A stretch of 64,000 nucleotides of DNA from an uncultured bacterium. Its GTDB lineage: Bacteria > Verrucomicrobiota > Verrucomicrobiia > Verrucomicrobiales > DEV007. The notes under the pieces were generated by a model. The model was not told where the DNA came from. It saw only the letters and a program-made list of their open reading frames with translations, and did not search any database. Positions 1 to 10,418 of this stretch are shown in pieces. The DNA is taken from the NCBI GenBank assembly GCA_963977015.1, contig CAXBMO010000009.1, forward strand, positions 160,001-224,000. Reading direction: 5' to 3'. The translations under genes and the position numbers were made by a program. Within the stretch, counting starts at the first letter, position 1. The number at the start of each line of letters is the position of its first letter.

Positions 1-324
1 GATCCCGTGTTTCTTTCCACCCGCCAGATTTCGACGAGTTACTTTCGACCATACGCCAGCGCCAAAAGCCGAGCCATGGTCCCCGGAAGCTACGCTCGCG
101 TGACAAAAGATGAGGCCATGGACTTCGCGAACTGGCTGACCCAGGTCCATCGCGCGAAAGGACTGATTGGAAGAAGCGAATACTATCGCCTGCCGGCCCA
201 GCATGAGAATCGGAGCAACGACTCCTGGCAAAGTGATGATCGAGGCGGTTCGAGTGCCGAGCGTCGCGTATTTCGCCTGGCGCTGGTTGCTACCCGGTCA
301 ACCGAGCGTCCCTTCTCTGGATAA
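1..324 (+). CDS. C-terminal fragment of a protein with a degenerate FGE-sulfatase/SUMF1-like domain (5' end outside the window)
   Basis: Frame is open from base 1. VTKDEAMDFANWL...YYRLP...FRLAL resembles the SUMF1 pattern V-S-W-x-D-A-x-x-F-C-x-W-L...YRLP...GFR. Confidence 0.45.
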   Translation, partial: DPVFLSTRQISTSYFRPYASAKSRAMVPGSYARVTKDEAMDFANWLTQVHRAKGLIGRSEYYRLPAQHENRSNDSWQSDDRGGSSAERRVFRLALVATRSTERPFSG

Positions 325-329
325 CCGTC

Positions 330-1733
330 GTGGCGAAGATCCGGCATCCCTTCGTCCACTGGCCTGCTCGTCTCCCATTTGGCGTGCGCATTGGCATGAC
401 GGCCGCCCTTCTGTCCGGCCTGGTGCTGCTGATCTTCATCATCGCCTCCGCGGCAATCGTCTTCGACAATATGATGGAAGAGGCCGATTTTGTTTTGGCG
501 GAACGAAGCGAAACCCTCATCACCCAATTCGATGCGAAAGCACCTTCGACCAAGGACCTGAAGAACGACAAGTTCAGCGCGCCACTGAACGCTGAACTCG
601 CCGAAGTCAGACTCGTTCGCTACACCAGCCCGGACATGGATTGGACGACCAAAGATTCGAAGTGGAAGATCGACTGGATTCAGGACGAAGACTGGCTCAA
701 AAAAAAGAAGCGCACGGTGTGGAATGGTCTCGACGTCTGGCGAACCTACGCCGCCAAAACGCACGGTGATCACGGCATTCTCCTCGCGATGGACCTTTAC
801 GAGATTCGTCGGGAGGTCTGGCGCATGTGCAAAACCTTCCTCTCTGCCCTTCCCCTGACCCTTCTCTTCGTGGGAATCGGCGGCTGGTGGACGGCGAGAC
901 GAATTGTCAAACCGCTCGACACGTTGGCAACGGCCATGGAGAGCGTGGCCGACGGAGATCTCACTGAGCGGCTCGAATTGACGCACGCGAGAGACCTGAT
1001 TGATCGTCTCTCCCGGATTTTTAATGAGATGACGCGCCGGCTTCAATCCAGTTTTCGTCAGGCCAACCGTTTTTCGTCCGATGCTTCTCACGAATTGCGC
1101 ACGCCACTCACAATCCTCCGCGGCCAACTCGAACAAGCGCTGCAAAAAGCGGAGGGAGACCACGCCGTCGAGTTGGCCGGCCTTCTCGACCAGACCGAGC
1201 GACTCCGCGGGATCATCAATGGGCTCCTGCTGCTTTCGCGTTCTGACGCTGGGAAATTGGCGATCGGATCGGACGAGCTGGATCTTTCGAAGCTGGCGAG
1301 CGACGTGGTTCAGGATTTCGAATCTGCGCTCTCCGAATCAGGAATCACCGTGGAATCCGATATCGCTCCCGAGCTGAAGCTTCGTGGCGACCCCGGCCTG
1401 CTTCGCCAAGCGCTTGGCAACCTCATCAGCAACGCCGAAAAGTTCAACCTTCCGGAAAACGGTCGAATCAGCATCAAACTCGAAGAGAATGGCGACGAAA
1501 TCTGGTTGAGCGTGGAAAACACCGGAACGCCAATCGCCCCGGATCAAACCCGAGACGTGTTTCGACGCTTCTTTCGAGCAAGCGGCGACCGGGAATCGCC
1601 AAAGGCCCCCGGAACCGGCCTTGGCCTCTCGATCGTGGAAGCCGTCGCGGAAGCCCACGGCGGACGATCGTGGTGCAAGCCGCTCTCGGCCACCAATCGC
1701 TTCTACCTCGCGTTTCCCAAGGGCGAAGTCTAA
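330..1733 (+). CDS. Two-component sensor histidine kinase (2 TM, HAMP, HisKA, HATPase_c)
   Basis: H-box SHELRTPLT, N-box NLISNAEKF, G-box GTGLGLSIV, two hydrophobic segments, HAMP segment IVKPLDTLATAMESVADGDL. Confidence 0.93.
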   Translation: MAKIRHPFVHWPARLPFGVRIGMTAALLSGLVLLIFIIASAAIVFDNMMEEADFVLAERSETLITQFDAKAPSTKDLKNDKFSAPLNAELAEVRLVRYTSPDMDWTTKDSKWKIDWIQDEDWLKKKKRTVWNGLDVWRTYAAKTHGDHGILLAMDLYEIRREVWRMCKTFLSALPLTLLFVGIGGWWTARRIVKPLDTLATAMESVADGDLTERLELTHARDLIDRLSRIFNEMTRRLQSSFRQANRFSSDASHELRTPLTILRGQLEQALQKAEGDHAVELAGLLDQTERLRGIINGLLLLSRSDAGKLAIGSDELDLSKLASDVVQDFESALSESGITVESDIAPELKLRGDPGLLRQALGNLISNAEKFNLPENGRISIKLEENGDEIWLSVENTGTPIAPDQTRDVFRRFFRASGDRESPKAPGTGLGLSIVEAVAEAHGGRSWCKPLSATNRFYLAFPKGEV

Positions 1734-1802
1734 CGGCGACGAATCACCTTCGGCGTAAAAAAATTCCTTTCGCCGGGGCCCGAACCAACCCATCCTACCC
1801 CC

Positions 1803-2732
1803 ATGACTCCCACTTTTCGCCGATCGCTCTTCCCAGCGTCATCTTTTCCAATTCGAATCCTTCTCTCCGCCTGCGTCCTGCAGTTCGCCGGGTCCATCGC
1901 CTTCTCGCAAATCGAAGAAGCCGAGAAGCTCCGCGAGGAAGCCCAGGTTCACCTGCAAAACCAGGATCTCCCCAAAGCCATCGAGACGTTCCTCAAAGCC
2001 TTCGAGCTTTCTCCCGGCACGTCACAGGAATTTCGACTCGTCTCCCAACTTTTGTTGATCGAAAATCGCGCTGACGAAGCTGTTGAGCTTCTCAAAGAAG
2101 GCGAGAAAGAACATCCGGACAGCTTGCCGATTAAAGCGGACCTCGGAATCGCCTACAACGCGACCGAGCAGTTTGAACTCGCGCTTGAGACGTTTGAGCG
2201 CCTCGAAATCCGCGTTGGCCAGACCAATCCCACCATCACCAACGACTCCTTCTACTTCTCCTACGGGGCCGCTGCCGAACGCCTCAAGAAGTATGATCTG
2301 GCGGAGAAAAATTTTCGCAAGGCAATCGAACGCGTTCCGGTCACCGATCCGCAACGCGCCGCCATGCCGATGAATTATCTCGGCTACATGTGGCTCGATT
2401 TGGACAAGAACCTCGACGAAGCCGGCACCTTCATCGTGCAGGCCAACAACCTCGTTCCCGATTCCGACGCCTACGCCGACAGTCTCGGGTGGTGGCACTT
2501 CAAAAAGAAGAATTACAAAGCCGCGCTACGCGAACTCCTGCGCGCCGACCGTCTCATGGGCGATGCGGAAGACCCGGTCATCTACGATCACATCGCGCAG
2601 ACCTATTTCGAAATGGGACAGAAGGAAAAGGCGATCGAATATCTGGAGAAAGCGACCAAGCTTGCCCCGGACAATGAAGACATCGCGAAGCGCTTGCAGC
2701 AATACCAGCAACCGGCGCCAGAAGGTCTCTAA
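1803..2732 (+). CDS. Exported tetratricopeptide repeat protein
   Basis: Signal-like N-terminus. TPR motifs NYLGYMW, DSLGWWHFK and DHIAQTY...AIEYLEKA. Confidence 0.85.
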   Translation: MTPTFRRSLFPASSFPIRILLSACVLQFAGSIAFSQIEEAEKLREEAQVHLQNQDLPKAIETFLKAFELSPGTSQEFRLVSQLLLIENRADEAVELLKEGEKEHPDSLPIKADLGIAYNATEQFELALETFERLEIRVGQTNPTITNDSFYFSYGAAAERLKKYDLAEKNFRKAIERVPVTDPQRAAMPMNYLGYMWLDLDKNLDEAGTFIVQANNLVPDSDAYADSLGWWHFKKKNYKAALRELLRADRLMGDAEDPVIYDHIAQTYFEMGQKEKAIEYLEKATKLAPDNEDIAKRLQQYQQPAPEGL

Positions 2733-2765
2733 CGCGGGTCTTCGCGCCTACTGACTCCCACCCAC

Positions 2766-3992
2766 TCAGGACTGATGCTTCGAACGTTCGATCGCATCGG
2801 CATAGGCATCCTCGAGCGCGGCGATTGATTGCGCTTCCCCATATTTTTTGACGACGGACTCCCGCGCTTGGCGCGACCAGGATTCCAGCAAATCCGGCGA
2901 ACCCAGCAAACGTGAAATCGCGTCGCCTAACTCGCGAGGTGACTTTTCGGGAACGAGCACGCCGTCCACTTCGTTCTCGACCGCTTCCGGAATTCCACCG
3001 TGCAAGGTGGCGACCACCGGTAAGCCTGCGGCCATGGCCTCGAGCATGGAATTGGGGACGCCTTCCTGGTCGCTTGAGGCCGTCAGCTCGCTGGGATGGA
3101 GAAAAACGTGTGCCCGTTCGAACTCAGCCCGAAGCTGGGTTTGATCCATCCAGCCCCGCAATTCGACGTTCGCCTCGAGTCCTGCTTCGCGGGCAGCCTG
3201 ACGAATTTCATCCTCCTGCGGCCCCGTGCCGCAAAGGATGTATTTCAAATTCGGCCAGCGTTCCACGACCGGCTTCAGCGCTTCAATCGCCGTCAGGATT
3301 CCTTTCTTCGGGATCAACCGGCACGCTTGGACCAACCTCCAGGCACCGTCCTCCGGTGCACGGCGAACCTTGGGGGCAATTCCCTCCAACGGGATCGGCG
3401 TTCGATTCGAACGGAGCTTTTCCCGCGGCACGCCCAGATTCGCCAGTTCATCGAGCAGAGACTCACTCCGCGCCAGGACGATTTGAGCACGGTCGAGCAC
3501 GCTCTCGAACTCTTCCGTCCGATCCCCTTTTGCGAAATGCGCCACATCAACACCGTGAAACGAAACGACGAAGGGGATTTTCGTCTTCAGCAGGATGTTC
3601 CGATACGTCACCGCCTTGTGGCCGTAGTAAACGTGGATCAGATCCGGCCGGTGCGCGTCAAGACGCGGCAGAAGATCGAACGGATAATACGGCTTCACAT
3701 CCTTTTCGATCCGAACCGGAGGCGGCCATTGTTTCACCACATATTTGTAGTAAAACCGCAGCGCAAAATTCCCCCGTGGTTTGGGCCGCAACAACTTCGT
3801 CATCACCTCCACCGGTTCGAAAGGAAATTGCTCCGGATTTTTGTGTTCCTCTGTGAACACAATCGTCCGAAATCGCTTCAATCCCACGATTTGGCGGTAG
3901 ATGCTCTGCATCTCCGGCTTGAGAAAGGTGCCGCAAACGCTGGCGACAAGGGGCTGGCGGCTTTCAGGATCAGTATCCATAATTCGCCCCAT
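2766..3992 (-). CDS. Glycosyltransferase family 4 (GT-B, WcaL-like); start may be 3980
   Basis: VSFHGVD, RLIPKKG and the GT4 E-x7-E motif EGVPNSMLEAMAAGLPVVATLHGGIPE. Confidence 0.9.
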   Translation of the reverse strand: MGRIMDTDPESRQPLVASVCGTFLKPEMQSIYRQIVGLKRFRTIVFTEEHKNPEQFPFEPVEVMTKLLRPKPRGNFALRFYYKYVVKQWPPPVRIEKDVKPYYPFDLLPRLDAHRPDLIHVYYGHKAVTYRNILLKTKIPFVVSFHGVDVAHFAKGDRTEEFESVLDRAQIVLARSESLLDELANLGVPREKLRSNRTPIPLEGIAPKVRRAPEDGAWRLVQACRLIPKKGILTAIEALKPVVERWPNLKYILCGTGPQEDEIRQAAREAGLEANVELRGWMDQTQLRAEFERAHVFLHPSELTASSDQEGVPNSMLEAMAAGLPVVATLHGGIPEAVENEVDGVLVPEKSPRELGDAISRLLGSPDLLESWSRQARESVVKKYGEAQSIAALEDAYADAIERSKHQS

Positions 3993-4093
3993 TCAAGCCT
4001 TGGGCAGGGACGAATGCACCGGAGAATTTCCCCAAATTTCCGGCAAGCCGGGAGAGATGACCGGCAACCGAATCGGAGCTTCACCTTCGATGA

Positions 4094-4456
4094 CTACCTC
4101 CGATAACCGACGGTACGATAGCTGTTCCGAGAAAGCTTTTTCGCAAACTTTTGCTGCTGCTTCACAAAACGCTTTTGATTCTTGGCATGGATTCTCTGCT
4201 GCTTGCTGTAGGATTGGGGCTTGTATCGATAGGAGCGGCTGTTGCGGCTGCCGAGGGCGGCTCCGGATACCGCACCAATCGTTCCACCAATGAGAGCACC
4301 TTTGCCGCGCCTTCCGTCTCCAGCAACAAGCGCGCCGATCGCGGCTCCGCTCAGTCCGCCTTTAATCGCCCCACGCTTGGGATTGGAGTAACCACTCGTC
4401 ACCATGAACATGGAGACGACACAGACAGCAACAATGGATTTGGGTAGTGATTTCAT
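4094..4456 (-). CDS. Small exported glycine-zipper protein with a basic tail
   Basis: Signal peptide, [14 protein letters not shown]...[20 protein letters not shown]-rich C-terminus. Confidence 0.75.
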   Translation of the reverse strand: MKSLPKSIVAVCVVSMFMVTSGYSNPKRGAIKGGLSGAAIGALVAGDGRRGKGALIGGTIGAVSGAALGSRNSRSYRYKPQSYSKQQRIHAKNQKRFVKQQQKFAKKLSRNSYRTVGYRR

Positions 4457-4575
4457 AGGATCAATATTCTTCCTGACATTGCCGCGCAGGACGATGTCGA
4501 TTGGGTTGAGCGGTTAGAGACGACCGGCTTGCGACGGCTTGCAAAATTTCTGGGCCGTTCCTCACATTCGCCAAA

Positions 4576-7467
4576 TCAGTCGTAGCGAAACTGCACCGTG
4601 GCTGTGGTCGCGGAATCGCTGACGGCCCTCACCCAGTAAGCGCTGAATCCTTCCGGAAAGGTGTGTTGGATGGATTTCCCGGCTTCCAGCGCGAACGAGC
4701 GATACGGAATCCAGAGCCCGGTTCCGTCGATGTCCACTTCGAGCTGAATTTGAGCGTTGCTACGGGACGAAAGCTCGACCGATTTTTGATCGTAGGCCGT
4801 CATCAGATAGGGATCTGAGGGAACGTCGGCTTCAACTTCAGAATCGAACCACGGCCCGCCGGATCCCCGGGGCTTTCCAAGCTTCCAGAGGTCATCGACC
4901 ACGCCCGCCCAAATCGCGGCTTTGCCATCGGCGCTGCGGAAGACATGCTCGCTCTTGGTATCGTCATCAAGTCCGGTAAACAGCAGCAAGCCGTTGTGGG
5001 AACAGAAGTCGTGAATCGCGAGATTGTGGGTCGAGATTGGCCGGATCTTGGCAAGACCTTGCGCGTTCCGGGCCGGAAGTTCGTAAAAACTGCCGTGAAG
5101 ATTGAGGAGATCCCGCTCGGTCGCGACTTCCCGGCAAATGCGAGCGACGCCAAAACCGTCCGTCGGAGGCGCAATCTCCAATACCTGCTCAAACAGGGCG
5201 ATTTCGTAAACTCGCGAATACCCGGTTTTCTTCGCTGAAATCCGAAGGTGCTGAGCTGAAACCGGCTCGTCGAAAAGGAGTCGCCGTTTCACTGAAGAAT
5301 TCCCCCGAACCTCCCCGCCGGGAACAAGCTGCCATTCGCCACCATTCCGAATCTCAACATCAAAGTCAGACATCGCGTATTGCGGATCGTCGTTCCAACC
5401 GGAAACCACCCACAGGCTGCGGAAGGATTTCTGCTCGCCCAGATCCAGTTCGATCGAAGCAATCTCCGTGTTTTGGCTGATCCAACGATCGTCCTCTGCG
5501 ACGCTTCCATCAACGGCATTGGCCGCGTCGTAGGTCAGGTGGGTAGAACTCGCCGTGACGGCGGCTCCAATCGCCAGACTTTCGGAAAGGAAATCCGCCA
5601 ACGTTTTTCGGGGCTCTCCTTGAACCGATGCCTGGTAGCGTTCGTTCTTCGGAAGCCGGTAACGTTGCCCATCTTCCTCCACAATGACGGAAGCGGCATC
5701 AACCTGAACCGAACGAAGCGGTTGCCTTACCGCCGAGACGATCTCAGAAATTGCGGCGGGCTCGTCCACCGAAACCAGTTCCATTTTCTGGCTCAGCTCG
5801 TAGTAGGCGGCATCGCTGCCGTCCGGAGAAGAAGCCGCGACCAACCCGAGACGGTCGAAGGCGAGACTGCGCATCAAGCCAAAGGACTTGGCAGGTTCAT
5901 CCGGCGTGGCAATCCCGGCAAACTCAGCCGCGTTCTCATTATCGCGTTCATCGCGATCGCGAAACTGGAAATTGGCGGTAACCGCCTTTGCTGCTTGTTG
6001 ACTGGTCAGGCGAATCCACGCCCCGGCTTCGCTTTCGCTGAACACCACCGATTCCACTCCGTTCGCGGGAACGGTAATCTCGCGAAGCGTTTCCCAATCG
6101 TTGTTCCCCGCCCGGTCCACTTCCAACTGAAACGTCACTGCGGATTCCGATTGATGGGTCAGGTGAATCTGGCGGAAATCATAGCCGGAGAACAGAAACG
6201 GATCGCTCGTTTGCTGGGCTTCGAGGTCTTCGCGAAGCCAGACCGAGCCACGGCCAATCGCCGGACCAAAGGCATCGAGTTGAGCCGCGTCGATGAACCA
6301 GAGGTTGGAGTTCGATTGCTTGGGCGAGGCATGCGCAGCCTTGAAGTGCCGCGTATTGAGGAACTCCGATTTCGCGGAATCATCGCAACCCAGCACGAGC
6401 CGATCGCCCCATTTGCAGAAATCGCCGATCACCTTGAGGTAGTTCGAACGTGGCGCGATCCCAGCTGAATTTTCGCGCGAAAACTCTACTGGAAAGCGCC
6501 AAAACGTTCCGTGCATCGTCGCGAGCAGATCATCTTCGCCAATCTCGCGAATCCGCGGCCACTCCGTGTTCCAACCATGGGCGCCATCGTAACTGTGACT
6601 CGCCTTGGGCAGCCGGTAAAAATGCCATTCGCCGCCCTCCAACAACCCGAGCAACAACGACCGCGAATCCCAACCCATTGCCCAAACCGGGTCCTTCTCA
6701 GGATTGGCGTTTCCCTCAATTCCGCCCGGGCCGGTCAATTCCGTGAATTGATTCCGGCGGACCAATTGCCAATCTCCCTCGCCAAACCATTGCGCCAACG
6801 CGCCCGATGAACTCGTTGGATCCGTCTTGGCCGCAGTTCCAACTTCACCGTTGTTGGAATACATGAGCCGGCCTTGCCCGGAATAAAGTCCCTTCCCATG
6901 ATAGCCAGGCAACGTGCTCGCGATTCCCTCGCTTCCCTTCGCGGCATGCCCGTCCAGAATCAGGTTCTTCACACCTAACGAATGAACATCGACTTCGTAG
7001 AGCCCCTCCTCCATCGTGGCGTAATAGACCTTGTTTTCCGGATCCGTGAGATGCCTCGCATTGCCAGTCAACCGCCCCAACATCTGCGTGGATGGAATCA
7101 CCCGGATGTTTTTCTCGGCATCAATCAAATAGGGACCGATCAGCAGCTGATTCGATTCCTGGTGAATCAGTCGATTTGCCGGCGTTCCTCCCACGCTTCC
7201 CTCAAAGATCGTCTGGGTCAGGTCTTCGCCAATTTCATAAAGCTTGTCGCTCGAGCCCTTCGGTGCATGAGGCGCGTAGGTGATCGCCCAGAGACTCCCC
7301 TGCCAGGGAACAATCGCCCCCGTGCCGCATTCCCCTTCCAGATTTCGCATCGTCAAATGCGGGTAAACACCGGAAATGCTGATCGGCTCTTCCGCCTTGA
7401 GGATCGAAATCGAAATTCCTGCAACGAGCAGGGAACAGAAGGCAAGAAAGGGGTTTCGTGGATTCAT
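4576..7467 (-). CDS. Large secreted hypothetical protein containing an F5/8 type C (discoidin) domain; start re-assigned to ATG 7467
   Basis: Signal peptide MNPRNPFLAFCSLLVAG. Discoidin-like segment ASST...AANAVDG...RWIS...IELDLG...YEIALF. Confidence 0.75.
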   Translation of the reverse strand: MNPRNPFLAFCSLLVAGISISILKAEEPISISGVYPHLTMRNLEGECGTGAIVPWQGSLWAITYAPHAPKGSSDKLYEIGEDLTQTIFEGSVGGTPANRLIHQESNQLLIGPYLIDAEKNIRVIPSTQMLGRLTGNARHLTDPENKVYYATMEEGLYEVDVHSLGVKNLILDGHAAKGSEGIASTLPGYHGKGLYSGQGRLMYSNNGEVGTAAKTDPTSSSGALAQWFGEGDWQLVRRNQFTELTGPGGIEGNANPEKDPVWAMGWDSRSLLLGLLEGGEWHFYRLPKASHSYDGAHGWNTEWPRIREIGEDDLLATMHGTFWRFPVEFSRENSAGIAPRSNYLKVIGDFCKWGDRLVLGCDDSAKSEFLNTRHFKAAHASPKQSNSNLWFIDAAQLDAFGPAIGRGSVWLREDLEAQQTSDPFLFSGYDFRQIHLTHQSESAVTFQLEVDRAGNNDWETLREITVPANGVESVVFSESEAGAWIRLTSQQAAKAVTANFQFRDRDERDNENAAEFAGIATPDEPAKSFGLMRSLAFDRLGLVAASSPDGSDAAYYELSQKMELVSVDEPAAISEIVSAVRQPLRSVQVDAASVIVEEDGQRYRLPKNERYQASVQGEPRKTLADFLSESLAIGAAVTASSTHLTYDAANAVDGSVAEDDRWISQNTEIASIELDLGEQKSFRSLWVVSGWNDDPQYAMSDFDVEIRNGGEWQLVPGGEVRGNSSVKRRLLFDEPVSAQHLRISAKKTGYSRVYEIALFEQVLEIAPPTDGFGVARICREVATERDLLNLHGSFYELPARNAQGLAKIRPISTHNLAIHDFCSHNGLLLFTGLDDDTKSEHVFRSADGKAAIWAGVVDDLWKLGKPRGSGGPWFDSEVEADVPSDPYLMTAYDQKSVELSSRSNAQIQLEVDIDGTGLWIPYRSFALEAGKSIQHTFPEGFSAYWVRAVSDSATTATVQFRYD

Positions 7468-7605
7468 GATTTGAGGATGGATAAACAGGCGCGAATTCCG
7501 CATCTGCAAGGCAAGAAGGCCAATGCCACGCTTTTTGGACAAATTACCTCCGTGTATTTTGGCGTCTGGATGCCTTTTTGAACGTCGCCCAGGCTTTAGG
7601 CCGCC

Positions 7606-8799
7606 TCAATATTTCGGCATCGACGGATCCACTTCCTCGGCCCAGGCGGTGATCCCACCAGCAATGTTGATGCTGCGATCAATGCCGGCTTCGTGCATGA
7701 GTTTTACCGCCTTTGCGCTGCGTCCGCCCATTTTGCAGTGAATGTAGATCTCGCGATCGCGCGGGATTTCATCGAGGCGATCGGCGATTTCACCAAGCGG
7801 AATGAGAGTGCTGCCCGGAATCCGGCAAATCTGGTATTCGGAATGCTCGCGGACGTCGATCAAGGTGATTTCACCTTGGTCCATGCGCTCTTTCAGCTCA
7901 GATACGGTGATTTCAGGAAGTGGTGATGAGGAGTGCATGGAGTCAGGGGACGGATCGGGGCCACTGCAGAATTGGTCGTAATCGATCAATTCATGAATCG
8001 AGCGGTTGGGCCCACAAACAGGACATTGTTCGTCGCGGCGCAACCGGATTTCGCGAAACTTGAACTGGAGCGCGTCAAAATGAACGAGTCGCCCGACCAG
8101 TGGATCCCCGATTCCGGTGATGAGCTTGATCGCTTCCAGCGCCTGCATCGAGCCAATGATGCCGGGCAGCACGCCGAGAACGCCGCCTTCGGCACAGGAC
8201 GGAACGGAGCCCGGATCCGGTGGGTTCGGGAAAAGACAGCGGTAGCATGGCCCTCCCAAATTCGGGGCAAAAACGGAAACCTGGCCTTCGAATCGGAAAA
8301 TGGAGCCGTAGACGTTCGGTTTCCCGGTCAAAACCGCCAAATCATTGCTGAGATAGCGCGTCGCGAAATTGTCGGTTCCATCGAGAATGAGGTCGAAGGG
8401 TTCGGCGATCGATTTGGCGTTCTCGCCGGTAAGGCGTTCCTCAAAACCGACGAGTTCGAGATGCGGATTGATCTCCCGCAAGGTCTCCTTCGCCGATTCC
8501 AGCTTGGACCGGCCAATGTCGCTTTCGCCATGAACGATCTGACGTTGCAGATTGGAGCGATCCACGTGGTCAAACTCGACCAAGCCCAACTTTCCAACCC
8601 CCGCAGCGGCCAGGTAGAGGGACGCCGGGCTCCCCAGTCCGCCAAGGCCGATGCAGAGAACCGAAGCGGCCCGAAGCCGTTTTTGAGCCTCAACGCCAAA
8701 ATCCGGGATCGTGATGTGTCGCGCGTAGCGTTCCAACTCGCGGGATGACAGGTCAACCGCTTCGCTTTTTTCGGTCGGGATGAGGGGAGAAAAAGACAT
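7606..8799 (-). CDS. moeB: Molybdopterin-synthase adenylyltransferase with C-terminal rhodanese domain (MoeB/MoeZ)
   Basis: RYARH, GLGGLGS, DRSNLQRQ, CYRC, CAEGGVLG, CPVC, rhodanese loop CKMGGRS. Start taken at ATG 8799. Confidence 0.92.
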   Translation of the reverse strand: MSFSPLIPTEKSEAVDLSSRELERYARHITIPDFGVEAQKRLRAASVLCIGLGGLGSPASLYLAAAGVGKLGLVEFDHVDRSNLQRQIVHGESDIGRSKLESAKETLREINPHLELVGFEERLTGENAKSIAEPFDLILDGTDNFATRYLSNDLAVLTGKPNVYGSIFRFEGQVSVFAPNLGGPCYRCLFPNPPDPGSVPSCAEGGVLGVLPGIIGSMQALEAIKLITGIGDPLVGRLVHFDALQFKFREIRLRRDEQCPVCGPNRSIHELIDYDQFCSGPDPSPDSMHSSSPLPEITVSELKERMDQGEITLIDVREHSEYQICRIPGSTLIPLGEIADRLDEIPRDREIYIHCKMGGRSAKAVKLMHEAGIDRSINIAGGITAWAEEVDPSMPKY

Positions 8800-8848
8800 C
8801 GTTGGGCTTTTCAATCAGTCAGGTTGCGTCCAGCTTTTCGCAACCGTA

Positions 8849-10339
8849 ATGACGTATATGCTTACTACCACCACATTTTGGAAACCTCGATGGATGTTCG
8901 GTCTGGCCGTCATGGTCACCGGATTCCTTTCGGTCCACGCTCAAGAAGCGAAGGTCGAACTCAAGTATGAGGAATTGGAGCCGATGCTGACGTTTGACCC
9001 CTCCCCGATCAAGCCGATGGGGCCACAGAGCAGCTACGCGGACATGCTGGAGAAAATCACCCCTTCCGTGGTCACGATTTTTTCCAAGCGGGGCAAAGAC
9101 CCGCGAATGGACGAGATGATGGATGATCCGTTGTTCAAGCGGCTCTTCCCGGATCAGATGCCGAACATTCCGGTGACGGGCGCAGGCGTGGTCATCACCT
9201 CGGACGGCTATATTTTGACCAATAACCATGTCGTTGAGCTTTCCGAGGAACTCCGGGTTCATCTCGATGCAACGAATGAAGAATACGATGCCAAACTGAT
9301 CGCGGCGGATCCGAAATCGGATGTGGCGCTGATCAAGCTGGAAGGCGCGAAGGACCTGAAAGTCATGCCCATCGGCGATAGCAAGAAGCTCCGGGTGGGC
9401 GACGTGACCTTCGCGATCGGCAACCCGTTTGGGCTCGCTCAAACCGTGACCATGGGAATCGTGAGCGCGCTGGGTCGAAGCAGTAGTGACGTCAGCATCC
9501 TGGAATATGCGAATCTGATTCAGACCGATGCCGCCATCAACCGGGGAAACTCGGGTGGAGCGCTGGTCGATGCCCAGGGCCGATTGGTCGGCATCAACAC
9601 CGCGATTCAAGGCGGGATGAATGGGGGCAATGTCGGAATTGGTTTCGCGATTCCCTCCAACATGGCGCTCGATATCGTGAATCGACTGCTCGAGGGCGGC
9701 GGCAAGGTTCGACGCGGCTTCCTCGGAGTGAGCTTGCAGCCGCTGGATCGTGATCTGGCGACGGGACTCGACTGGAAAAAGCGTTATGGCGTCCTGATTT
9801 CCCAAGTCGGTCCGGAAACGCCGGCCGCGATCGCAGGATTGGAAGCCAGCGACATCATCACGAACTTCGAAGGTGAACAGGCTCGTTCGCTCGACTCTCT
9901 CCGGCTGCGAATCAGCAACACGCCCCCCAACAAAGAGGTGACGTTCGGCATTTTCCGCAAAGGCAAGGAAATGGAAGTCAAAGTCACTCTCGCAGAGCTT
10001 CCCGAAGATCCCGCCTCCGTCATGGGAATCGGACGCGGCCCGGGAATCGAAGAAATCATCGAAGGGGTTGAGATTGCGGATCTCAACGAGGAAAACCGCG
10101 CGGCGAACGACATCGCGGACGACATCGAAGGCGTTCTCGTCCAAAGCGTGGATCCCAACTCCGTCGCTGCCGAGTCGGGACTGCGTGAAGGTCAGGTGAT
10201 CCTTGAAGTGAACCAGATTGCCGTATCGTCTGTAAACGACGCCATGAAGGCGCGGCTTCAATTTGAAGGGTCCGTCTTACTCCTGCGAGTTAGTTCGCAA
10301 GGGGCAAGCACCATTCTCGCGGTCCGACTGAAGGACTAG
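8849..10339 (+). CDS. degP: HtrA/DegP-family serine protease with two PDZ domains
   Basis: TNNHVV, SDVALIK, QTDAAINRGNSGGAL, then RGFLGV PDZ1 and a second PDZ. Start re-assigned to 8849 (or 8858). Confidence 0.93.
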   Translation: MTYMLTTTTFWKPRWMFGLAVMVTGFLSVHAQEAKVELKYEELEPMLTFDPSPIKPMGPQSSYADMLEKITPSVVTIFSKRGKDPRMDEMMDDPLFKRLFPDQMPNIPVTGAGVVITSDGYILTNNHVVELSEELRVHLDATNEEYDAKLIAADPKSDVALIKLEGAKDLKVMPIGDSKKLRVGDVTFAIGNPFGLAQTVTMGIVSALGRSSSDVSILEYANLIQTDAAINRGNSGGALVDAQGRLVGINTAIQGGMNGGNVGIGFAIPSNMALDIVNRLLEGGGKVRRGFLGVSLQPLDRDLATGLDWKKRYGVLISQVGPETPAAIAGLEASDIITNFEGEQARSLDSLRLRISNTPPNKEVTFGIFRKGKEMEVKVTLAELPEDPASVMGIGRGPGIEEIIEGVEIADLNEENRAANDIADDIEGVLVQSVDPNSVAAESGLREGQVILEVNQIAVSSVNDAMKARLQFEGSVLLLRVSSQGASTILAVRLKD

Positions 10340-10418
10340 AAAACGCGCTTCCAACCTTTATCCACGAATCACAGGTCTCTACTCACGTTTGGGTAGAGGC
10401 CTGTGTTAGTTTGGCCCC

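Noticed and set aside
8819-10261. 480-aa minus-strand ORF
   Set aside because: Antisense shadow of degP with no motifs. The same applies to 3096-4106, 41507-42508 and 54969-56252.
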